From: Myxococcota bacterium
Lineage (GTDB): Bacteria > Myxococcota > XYA12-FULL-58-9 > JALHOP01
DNA: 55,331 nucleotides
Reading direction: 5' to 3'
Assembly: GCA_041288095.1 (NCBI GenBank)
Contig: JBGGMJ010000160.1
Span: forward strand, 1-55,331
Below, piece after piece: positions 20,085 through 28,060 of this stretch; within the stretch, counting starts at the first letter, position 1; each line of letters starts with the position of its first letter. Made by a program: the position numbers and the translations under genes. Under the pieces are notes generated by a model. That model had not been told where the DNA came from. It ran no database searches and saw nothing but the letters and a program-made list of their open reading frames with translations.

Positions 20085-20621
20085 ATGTCCGTTTTGGCGT
20101 TGGAAAAGCTCAAGCGTCGCTTCGGTGACGACATCCTCGAGACCCACAGCAAGCTCGGCGACGACACCGTCCTCGTCAAGCCCGAGCGCATCTACGAGGT
20201 CGCGCAGTTCTTGAAGGACGATCCCGAGCTGCAGTTCGACATGCCGATCGACAACACCGGCGTCGATTGGTGGCAGGTGAGCGAGCCGCGCTTCGAAGTG
20301 ATCTGGCACCTGTACTCGACGCTCAAGCACATGCGCATCCGCATCAAGGTGCGCATCGGCGAAGACAATCCGACCTGCGCTTCGCTCACGCCGCTGTGGC
20401 CGGGCATGAACTGGCACGAGCGCGAGACCTGGGACATGTACGGCATCCGCTTCAGCGGACACCCGAACTTGAAGCGCGTCCTCATGTACGAGGAGTTCGT
20501 CGGCTATCCGCTGCGCAAGGACTACCCGATCACCAAGCGCCAGCCGCTCATCGAAGAGCGCCTCGTGCGCGACGTGCCGACGCAGCGCAATCCGCCGGCC
20601 GATATGCTCAATCGCCCGTAG
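20085..20621 (+). CDS. nuoC: NADH-quinone oxidoreductase subunit C
   Basis: WHERETWDMYGIRFSGHPNLKRVL...YPLRKDYP. Confidence 0.96.
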   Translation: MSVLALEKLKRRFGDDILETHSKLGDDTVLVKPERIYEVAQFLKDDPELQFDMPIDNTGVDWWQVSEPRFEVIWHLYSTLKHMRIRIKVRIGEDNPTCASLTPLWPGMNWHERETWDMYGIRFSGHPNLKRVLMYEEFVGYPLRKDYPITKRQPLIEERLVRDVPTQRNPPADMLNRP

Positions 20622-20630
20622 GCCTCCGGC

Positions 20631-22058
20631 TCAGGCGCCGGTGGCCTCGGCCAGTAGTCGCTTCAAGGTGTCGTTGTTCGACGAACCGACGTAGGCCTTG
20701 ATCTCGTCCCAGCTGGCGCCGATCGCCGCCTGCAGCCGACTCATGCTCACGCCGTATTGCAGCATCGCGCCGGCGATGGCGTCCGGGTTCTGCAGGTTCG
20801 CGCGGATGAAGTCCGCGATTTGAGCGTCGCTCACGGCGGCGCTCGTGGTCGGCGTCGGCGTCGGCGTCGGATCGGGCGTGGTCGTCGGCGTGGTTGGCGT
20901 CGTCGTAGCCGGCGCGCTGGTCTGCTGAGCGTACAATCGCTTCAATGAGTCGCTGTTCGAGCTAGCCACGTAGGTTGCGATGTCCGCGGCGCTGGAGCCG
21001 GTCGCGGCCTGTACACGCGCGAAGCTGACGCCGTACTGAACCATCGCGCTGGCGATGGCGTTCGGGTTCTGGATGTTCGCGCGAATGAAGTCCGCGATCT
21101 GAGCATCGGTGGGTGCGCTCGGCGTGCCCGTTTGCTCGGCGTACAACCTCTTCAACGTATCGTTGTTCGAGTTGGCCACATAGGCGGCAATCTCGGCCGA
21201 GGTCGCGCCGAGCGCGGCCTGCACGCGAGCGAAGCTCACACCATATTGCAGCATCGCCGCGGTGATGGCGTTCGGGTTCTTCAGATTGGCGCGGATGTAG
21301 TCCGCGATCTGCGCGTCGGTAAGAGGCGCCGTCGACGAGGTGTTACGCGCGGCGATCATGGCGGCAGCCTGTTCGAGATTTGCCCGGTCCTGCAAGCGCT
21401 GGACGTTGGTTGCCCACTGGCGTTCGTTCGCGTCCATCGACGCCGCGAAGGGTAGCCACACCCCCATCTCGTCCTTCGTGGGCTCGCGGCCGAGGTGCTT
21501 GCGATAGGCCTCCTTGATCGTGGCGGCTGCCTTCTCGAGGAGCTGATAGAAGGCAGGGTTCGACGCGGTGCCGCTCTCGACCATCTGGCGCGCCCAGTCG
21601 CGGTTGTAGTCGGCGAGATCGACGCCACGCAGTCTCACGCTGGCTTCGCGGAGCTTCGCGAGCGCCACGGTGGCGGAGACGGAACCCGCGGCGGTCGTCG
21701 ATGTGACGGGCGTCACAGTGCCGCTGGTGGTGCCGGTGCTAGCGGTGCTGCTCGTGCCGCTGGTGGTGCGGGTACTACCGGTGGTGCTCGTGCCGCCGGT
21801 GCCCCCGGTGGTGAAGGGGTTGGTCGTCGCGCCCGCTGCAGCGGACTTTGGCGCCGTGGTTGGTGGTGGCTCCGACAACCCGTTCTCGCTCGGCAGCGTC
21901 GTCAACGGCGGCGCTGACAATGGCGCGCGCTCGCCGACCACTCTCAGCAATATGTCTTGGCGCGAGTGCTGTGGGCGCGGAGAAGTCAGGCCGCGTGCCT
22001 GATTCTGCGTCGTGGAACGTTGAATCTTGGATAGGCTTGGACGCTGAGAGATGTGCAT
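20631..22058 (-). CDS. Hypothetical protein with Thr/Ser-rich linkers, a DUF4214-like motif and three ~60-aa C-terminal repeats
   Basis: GGAG RBS before ATG 22058; YRKHLGREPT..E..W motif; three copies of DAQIAD(Y/F)IRAN...YGVS...LKRL. Confidence 0.85.
   Translation of the reverse strand: MHISQRPSLSKIQRSTTQNQARGLTSPRPQHSRQDILLRVVGERAPLSAPPLTTLPSENGLSEPPPTTAPKSAAAGATTNPFTTGGTGGTSTTGSTRTTSGTSSTASTGTTSGTVTPVTSTTAAGSVSATVALAKLREASVRLRGVDLADYNRDWARQMVESGTASNPAFYQLLEKAAATIKEAYRKHLGREPTKDEMGVWLPFAASMDANERQWATNVQRLQDRANLEQAAAMIAARNTSSTAPLTDAQIADYIRANLKNPNAITAAMLQYGVSFARVQAALGATSAEIAAYVANSNNDTLKRLYAEQTGTPSAPTDAQIADFIRANIQNPNAIASAMVQYGVSFARVQAATGSSAADIATYVASSNSDSLKRLYAQQTSAPATTTPTTPTTTPDPTPTPTPTTSAAVSDAQIADFIRANLQNPDAIAGAMLQYGVSMSRLQAAIGASWDEIKAYVGSSNNDTLKRLLAEATGA
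20640..21325 (-). repeat. Three ~190-bp coding repeats (approx. 21125-21325, 20915-21110, 20640-20835)
   Basis: Visible at the DNA level (AGTCCGCGAT recurs in each copy) and at the protein level. Confidence 0.85.
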
Positions 22059-22146
22059 GGCTTGGCTCCGTGAGCGACATACGGCCACGGCTCGCCAGTG
22101 GTTCGGCACGCGGCATGTCACGCCGACGGGACACGCTGTCGGTGCG

Positions 22147-24021
22147 CTACGGTGTCATCATCGCGTTTGCGAGCTTGCGCGCCGCGAGCGGGCGCTGCCG
22201 CAGCACGCGGCGCTCGACTGGGTAGCCGGCGCGGTACATGTCGCGGATGCGCACGGTCGATTTGAAGTCGCCGGTCGCCGGATTGTCCGCGAGTAGGAGC
22301 AGGTCGGCGGCGAAGCCAGGGCGCACGAGCCCGTAGGGTACGCCTTCCTTCTTCGCGTCGTCGCCGGCGAACATGCGCGTCGGGTTCAAGGTCGCGCTCT
22401 TGAGCGCCTCGAGTGACGCCTCGCGCGCCGACAGCCCTCCGGCCTCCATGAGCGCCGCGCGAATGAGCGCCATCTCGTAGTGCACGGTCAGCCCCGGCAC
22501 CGCCGGCTCGGCGCCACTGGCATCGACGCCGGCGATGAGCCGCACTCCCGCGGCGTGCAGCTTGGCGACGTTGCGGAAGAGCAGGGCATGGTCGGCCCCC
22601 GGCGTCGCGGGGGAGTTCGCGAGCAGGCGCAAGGTGTCGTAGGGGCTTACGTAGGTGTCGACCTCGTCCGCGATGGCGGGGTCCGCGGTCCAGCTCCAGT
22701 GCTGTCCGACATAGCGGCTGACGAACGGGTCGCGTGATGCCCGCGGAATTTGCGCGAGCAGCACGGTGAGCGAGGGAACCATGCTCGCGGCTCGTTCCGG
22801 ATGTAGGCGCAGCGGGCTGCCGTGGGCGCGCGCGAGCTCGATGAGCCGCTCGTTCACCTCGGCGTCACCCGGTGTGTGGATGAGGCAATCGGCGCCGCGC
22901 TCGAGGGCTTCGACGGCTTCCGAGACCGTGCGCGCGTGGACGACGACCGGTAACCCTCGTGCATGCGAGGCGACCACGATCTCGGCGAGCGTCTCCTTGT
23001 CGATGGCGGGGCGATCTTTGGGTTGCTCGGCGCCGCGTCGGCGCTGATCGTCGTAGTAGACCTTGATGTACGTGGCGCCGTGATAGGTCTTGCGGCGCTC
23101 GATAGCGCGCGCGATGTCCTCTTTCGTCCAGCCGTCCTTGAGGTTGTAGAAACCCTCGGTGCCCCACTTGGGGTAGTACTGCATGTCGCCGGCGATGAGC
23201 CAGTTGCCCGACGTGTTGAAACGCGGCGTGTTCTTGGCGAAAGCGGTGAGCATGCGCTCCTCGGGAGTGCCCGACTGCTTTGGCGGACTGCCCTCGAGCT
23301 TCGCCGCGCGCGCGCGCACGAACATCCGCGTGAGCCCCGGGTTGCTCTGCATGTCGTGGACGGTGAAGACGCCGAAGTTCATCGACGTGACCATGTCGTT
23401 GAGCGGATGTGGCGTGTTCTGCGCGGTGCCGGCGACGTTTCCATAAGGGAAGTCGAACGGCACGATGGTCTTCATGAGCCCGCGGTCGACGAGCTTACGA
23501 TAGAGCTTGCCCATTGGCGGCCGTACCACGCGGCCCGCGTCATCCTTCACCGGCTGGTCTTCGCTCGGCGGGATGTTTGTCCACTCGGACAGGAACTGGT
23601 CAGGCGTGTGGAAATGGAACTCACCATCCTGGAGGGCTGGGAGGGCGAAGCGCCCTGCCTTGTCTTGCACGACGATGCCCAGGCGCTCGTGCTCATCGAC
23701 GAGCTCGCGGTCGGCGCTGCTCGGCAAGACAGCCGTGACGACGCCGTCCTTGATGACCACGGTCTGCGGCAGCGGATGCAAGGCTTCGCCGTCGAAGAGC
23801 GTGAGGTTGCGCAGCACCCGTGAATTGGACGTCGTCGGGGGAGCCGACCCGAGTCGCACCTCGAGGGGGGTAAGCCCGCCACCCTTGCCGACCGCGCGTG
23901 TCGCGGTGCCGTCGCGCGTGAGCTCGTCCGCTGCTCGAACGTGACGGGTGTAGTGCGAGCCCTGGCTCGCGACGCCATGCGCGGTGAGCGTCAACGCCGC
24001 AATGGACCGGGTAACCTTCAT
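22147..24021 (-). CDS. Amidohydrolase-superfamily protein with an N-terminal extension
   Basis: NLTLFDG, VVIKDG, PALQDGEFH, GVFTVHDM, IKVY, VVVHA, LIH, AGVDA, ATLNP, G-x-x-ADLLLL. Start at ATG 24021. Confidence 0.88.
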   Translation of the reverse strand: MKVTRSIAALTLTAHGVASQGSHYTRHVRAADELTRDGTATRAVGKGGGLTPLEVRLGSAPPTTSNSRVLRNLTLFDGEALHPLPQTVVIKDGVVTAVLPSSADRELVDEHERLGIVVQDKAGRFALPALQDGEFHFHTPDQFLSEWTNIPPSEDQPVKDDAGRVVRPPMGKLYRKLVDRGLMKTIVPFDFPYGNVAGTAQNTPHPLNDMVTSMNFGVFTVHDMQSNPGLTRMFVRARAAKLEGSPPKQSGTPEERMLTAFAKNTPRFNTSGNWLIAGDMQYYPKWGTEGFYNLKDGWTKEDIARAIERRKTYHGATYIKVYYDDQRRRGAEQPKDRPAIDKETLAEIVVASHARGLPVVVHARTVSEAVEALERGADCLIHTPGDAEVNERLIELARAHGSPLRLHPERAASMVPSLTVLLAQIPRASRDPFVSRYVGQHWSWTADPAIADEVDTYVSPYDTLRLLANSPATPGADHALLFRNVAKLHAAGVRLIAGVDASGAEPAVPGLTVHYEMALIRAALMEAGGLSAREASLEALKSATLNPTRMFAGDDAKKEGVPYGLVRPGFAADLLLLADNPATGDFKSTVRIRDMYRAGYPVERRVLRQRPLAARKLANAMMTP

Positions 24022-24058
24022 GTCCGCGTTTATCGTGCGGCGCCGGGCGGAGGTGTCG

Positions 24059-25924
24059 CTAGCGCAATGACGCCCGGGCACCGGCGCGACTGCGCCACAG
24101 GAGCGCAAGCGCGAGCAACGCGAGCAACCCATGCGGCTCCGACGAGGCGCAGCCGCCGCCGGCGATGACCGGCAGGAGCTCCACGGCGTCGCTTACGTCC
24201 GGTCCGATCTCGTAAGTGACTCCGACGGGATCTTCGTTGCCCATGGCATCCACCGCGGCGATGCGGATGATGTGCCGGGAGTCGTCGAGCCCTTCGATGT
24301 GAATCGCCCGACCGAAATGCAGCCGACCCTGGCGCTGGTCGTCGATGGTGAGGCGATAGCGCATGCGGTTGTCCGGGGTGGTGTCGTCAGTGGCCGTGGG
24401 CTCGATATCGACCGTGTCGCGTGAGGGACGCGTGGGTGGCGTTTGTACCGTGGTGGTCGGTGGCGTCGTGTCGGCCGTGTCGAGCTGGCCGATATGGACG
24501 TCGGCGATGAGGCCGCCTTCGATGCTGTGCACACGCTCGATGGCGATCGGCGTCAGCGACGTCGTGAAGAGGCTGCTGACGATGGGGAGCTCCGCGACTC
24601 CCGCCGCGAGGACCGGCGCGACTTCTTCGCGCACGTAGCGATCGGCGTCCGCTTGCGTGAACGGGATATCTTGGCCGTCGAGCTGGATGTCGAAGGGGCG
24701 GATGTCGACCGAACGGGGCGCGATGAGGATCTCGTTCGTCGTTCTTCGCACCTTGGTCTCGGCGCCGATGGTGAGGCCGCCCAGGATGTAGGCATGGAAG
24801 TCGCGCTTGTCGTCCGCGGAGATGGTGACCCGGCCGACGAGATGGCCGATGTCGACCTCCGCGTACCCGGTTTCGCTCGGCGTGAAGGTGACGCGCGGGG
24901 GCTGCAAGGTGCTCGCCGTGGCTTTCATGCGGGCGTTGGTGCCGAAGCCGCTGATCATGCTGTCGGCGTCGGGGTAGACCTCGGCGAGATCGAGACAGAG
25001 CCAGCCGGCGCGCCAGGCGCTCTCGAGCGTGTTCTGCACGAAGCGCTGCGAGACACCGACACTGGTGCCGATAAGCGTCGGCCACGTCGGGGGCGGAGGC
25101 GCGGGCTCACGTCGCCAATCGACGCCCTCGAGACAGTCCGCTAAACCGTAGTGCTCGGAGCCTACCGCGAACTTCGCGGTGATGCCGCCGCCGTCGATGG
25201 CAATGGACTCCGGTTGCGCCTTGAAGAAGACGCCGTCGACTTCTTGTCCGACGCTGACGATGTTGGCGGAGAGCGCCTCGACCTGGTCCGCGACCAGCTC
25301 GGGGATGTAGTTGCGGACCTCTTGGATGGCGTAGGCGACGAGGTCTTCTTCGAACCAATCGTAGAGTCGCTCGAAGACGTGGTCATAGACAGGGCACCCA
25401 GAAATGTCGACGCTGGTCGCACCGTCGATGCGGACCAGCACGTTCGTGAGGCTCACTTGCGGCACGCATTCGTTCACCGCGACAAACGCCTGGGCGACGA
25501 CCTTCGCGCCCGCGGCGACCACGCGCGCGTCACAGCTCGTGTCCGGTAAAGCGCACAACTGAACATCGAGGCTCGCGTCGACTTGGATGTCGCCGCTGAT
25601 GCTCACGAAAAACCCCCCACCGGTGAGCACGAGATCGATCTTTGGGTTGGCCAAGCGAACATCGCCCTGGCGCACCCGCACGACATTGTCGTCGAACCAC
25701 AAGCCGCACTCGCCGAGCACGAACTCTTGGCCATCGAGCGCTGCCTGCTGCGGCACCAGTCCACCGACCGGGGCTAGCACCTTGTCGATGTCGTCGCGGG
25801 CCACCCGCGCCACGACCGCTTCCGACACCAAGCCCGGGTCGCAGGTACCTGACGCTGTCCTCGGAAGGGCAACGCCACCGGCCACAAGGAGGGCCGTGGG
25901 ATACACAACGGCCAGGAATCTCAT
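24059..25924 (-). CDS. Secreted protein: BPI/LBP(TULIP)-like region, Ig-like domain and MYXO-CTERM-like sorting signal
   Basis: Signal peptide; GVSQRFVQNTLESAWRAGWLC; DTTPP...AVDAMGN; C-terminal GGGCASS + hydrophobic helix + Arg-rich tail. Confidence 0.75.
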   Translation of the reverse strand: MRFLAVVYPTALLVAGGVALPRTASGTCDPGLVSEAVVARVARDDIDKVLAPVGGLVPQQAALDGQEFVLGECGLWFDDNVVRVRQGDVRLANPKIDLVLTGGGFFVSISGDIQVDASLDVQLCALPDTSCDARVVAAGAKVVAQAFVAVNECVPQVSLTNVLVRIDGATSVDISGCPVYDHVFERLYDWFEEDLVAYAIQEVRNYIPELVADQVEALSANIVSVGQEVDGVFFKAQPESIAIDGGGITAKFAVGSEHYGLADCLEGVDWRREPAPPPPTWPTLIGTSVGVSQRFVQNTLESAWRAGWLCLDLAEVYPDADSMISGFGTNARMKATASTLQPPRVTFTPSETGYAEVDIGHLVGRVTISADDKRDFHAYILGGLTIGAETKVRRTTNEILIAPRSVDIRPFDIQLDGQDIPFTQADADRYVREEVAPVLAAGVAELPIVSSLFTTSLTPIAIERVHSIEGGLIADVHIGQLDTADTTPPTTTVQTPPTRPSRDTVDIEPTATDDTTPDNRMRYRLTIDDQRQGRLHFGRAIHIEGLDDSRHIIRIAAVDAMGNEDPVGVTYEIGPDVSDAVELLPVIAGGGCASSEPHGLLALLALALLWRSRAGARASLR

Positions 25925-25932
25925 CGCGGTTG

Positions 25933-25959
25933 TTATCGCCAAAACCCTTTGAAAGTTGC
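25933..25959 (-). promoter_or_regulatory. Putative alternative-sigma promoter GCAAC-N16-CGATAA, 8 nt before ATG 25924
   Basis: Minus strand: GCAAC tttcaaagggttttgg CGATAA caaccgcg ATG; no SD sequence. Confidence 0.5.
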
Positions 25960-26085
25960 GGCAGTACCTGACGCGCCGCGTCGCCCAAGAAACGACCAGG
26001 AACCTTCTTGGCGCCGGTAAATATCGGAACTTTCAGCGCTCCGCGTTGGCCGCCGTCCTGACGCGATGGCAGGGTCCGCGATCCT

Positions 26086-26754
26086 TTAGGGCTCGGCGTT
26101 TTTCGCCCCGGCGATGGCCGTCTGGACGTAGCGCAGCTGATCCTCGCTGATCCCCGGAATGCGGGCGCAGCGTGTGTACTCCGCTATAGCGTCTTCGCGA
26201 CGCTTCCTGTAGAGCAGCCAGCGGCCGTGGTCGACGCAGATCGACAGGTCGTTGCGGTGCGCCGACAGCAGCCGTTCGAACTCCGCCTCTCCCGAAGGCA
26301 TGTCGGGATTGAAGCTCAAGACGTCGGCGATCTGCTCGTCGGTGATCGCCGTCAGCGCCGGCTTGTTCATCAAGCGCTGACGCCGACCCTTTTCGCTGAT
26401 CCGCCGGTGCGTCGCCTCCTCCGCGTTCTTCGGCGGCTCCTTGGGCGTGGCCATCTCGGTGTCGAAGGCTTCGCGCTCGTGCTTCACCAGCTCGACGTAG
26501 TCGCGCGCGAACTCCGGAGAGAAGCGCCCGGCGACCACTTCGATCACAGGCCAAGGCGGCGGAGGAACGGGCGGACCAGCCTCTTCGGCCGTCCCGCTGG
26601 CGGAGGAGGGGGCCCCGGCGGGCGCGGCTGTCGGGCTTTCCGGCGACGTGATTAGCGGCGGCACCGGACGCTTCTCGACCTCGTCGCAGGCGAGCGCGAG
26701 AAGAGCGATCCCCAAAGCTGCAAAACGGTAGCCCACGCTAGCTTTTACCCACAT
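26086..26754 (-). CDS. Putative lipoprotein, Pro-rich linker and a TPR-like C-terminal helix pair
   Basis: GIALLALA-C lipobox; ICVDHGRWLLYRKRREDAIAEYTRC. The ORF-track extension to 27786 is an antisense shadow of nuoD. Start is 26754 or GTG 26736. Confidence 0.75.
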   Translation of the reverse strand: MWVKASVGYRFAALGIALLALACDEVEKRPVPPLITSPESPTAAPAGAPSSASGTAEEAGPPVPPPPWPVIEVVAGRFSPEFARDYVELVKHEREAFDTEMATPKEPPKNAEEATHRRISEKGRRQRLMNKPALTAITDEQIADVLSFNPDMPSGEAEFERLLSAHRNDLSICVDHGRWLLYRKRREDAIAEYTRCARIPGISEDQLRYVQTAIAGAKNAEP

Positions 26755-26772
26755 TTGGCGCCCCCAAGCGCG

Positions 26773-26801
26773 TTGACTTGGGGGGCTGAAGCTTCTACAC
26801 G
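26773..26801 (+). promoter_or_regulatory. sigma70-type promoter for nuoD-G-H-I
   Basis: TTGACT-N17-TACACG, about 40 bp upstream of nuoD. Confidence 0.6.
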
Positions 26802-26844
26802 TTTCCCGCCCTTGCGAGGGCACTTTTCCGCGAAGGCTTAGGTG

Positions 26845-28038
26845 ATGACCGACACCGCGTTCGACCTTCCGACCCGCAACATGGAAATCGCGCTCGGGCC
26901 TTCCCACCCAGCGATGCACGGCACCGTGCGTATGATGGTCGAGCTCGACGGCGAGACCATCGTCAAGACCGAGACCGAAGTCGGCTTCTTGCACCGCGGC
27001 TTCGAGAAAGAGTCGGAGTCGGTGCACTGGGCGCAGATCATGCCGTACTGCGACCGCCTCAATTACGTCTCGCCGCTGATCAACAACTTCGCCTATGCGA
27101 TGGCGCTCGAGAAGCTGTGCGAAGTCGAGATCCCCGAGCGCGCCAAATACATCCGCGTCATCGCGGCGGAGATCTCGCGCATCTGCGATCACATGACCTG
27201 CAACGGCGCCATGGGCATGGAGGTCGGTGGCTTCACGCCGTTCCTCTACATGGTGGAAGCGCGCGAGCTGCTCTACGACATCGTCGAAGAGCTCACCGGT
27301 CAGCGCATCACCGTCAACTTCGCGCGCATCGGCGGCGTCGCCCACGACTTGCCTCCCGGCTTCGCGGGTCGCTGCAAGGAGGCGCTCAACAAAGCCTTCA
27401 AGCTGTTCGACGACGCGGACGCGCTGCTCACGCGTAACCGCATCTTCATCGACCGTATGAACAAGGTCGGCCGCATCACCAAAGAGCAAGCCATCGCCTA
27501 CGGCATCACCGGGCCGATGCTGCGCGCCACTGGCGTCGCCTACGATCTGCGCAAGGCGGCGCCTTATGACGTCTACGACCGCATGGATTTCGACGTGCCG
27601 GTCGGTGAAAACGGCGACACCTACGACCGCTGGCTCGTGCGTCTCGAGGAGGCTCGCCAGAGCCGGCGCATCGTCGAGCAGGCACTGGCGCAGATCCCGC
27701 CCGGCCCAATCTGCATCGAAGATCCGCGCTTCGTCTTGCCGCCGAAGGACGAGGTCTACACCTCGATCGAAGGCCTGATGAATCACTTCAAGCTGATCAT
27801 CGAAGGCGCGCGCGTGCCCGCCGGCGAGGTGTACGGCTACACCGAAGGCGGCAACGGCGAGCTCGGCTTCTACATCGTGAGCGACGGCAGCGGTAAGCCG
27901 TACAAGTGCCGTGTGCGCTCACCGTGCTTCACCGCCATGCAGCTGCTCGATCCGATTCTGCTGCCCGGCAACATGATCTCGGACATCGTTCCCATCTTCG
28001 GTTCGGTCAACATGATAGGCGGCGAGTGCGACCGCTAA
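26845..28038 (+). CDS. nuoD: NADH-quinone oxidoreductase subunit D
   Basis: GPSHPAMHG, GFLHRGFEK, DRLNY, GELG, C-terminal GECDR. Confidence 0.96.
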   Translation: MTDTAFDLPTRNMEIALGPSHPAMHGTVRMMVELDGETIVKTETEVGFLHRGFEKESESVHWAQIMPYCDRLNYVSPLINNFAYAMALEKLCEVEIPERAKYIRVIAAEISRICDHMTCNGAMGMEVGGFTPFLYMVEARELLYDIVEELTGQRITVNFARIGGVAHDLPPGFAGRCKEALNKAFKLFDDADALLTRNRIFIDRMNKVGRITKEQAIAYGITGPMLRATGVAYDLRKAAPYDVYDRMDFDVPVGENGDTYDRWLVRLEEARQSRRIVEQALAQIPPGPICIEDPRFVLPPKDEVYTSIEGLMNHFKLIIEGARVPAGEVYGYTEGGNGELGFYIVSDGSGKPYKCRVRSPCFTAMQLLDPILLPGNMISDIVPIFGSVNMIGGECDR

Positions 28039-28060
28039 AGCATACTCTTTCGAGGATTCC

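Noticed and set aside
26755..27786. N-terminal 344 aa of the 566-aa minus-strand ORF
   Set aside because: It overlaps nuoD antisense; only the part from the lipoprotein signal onward is credible.
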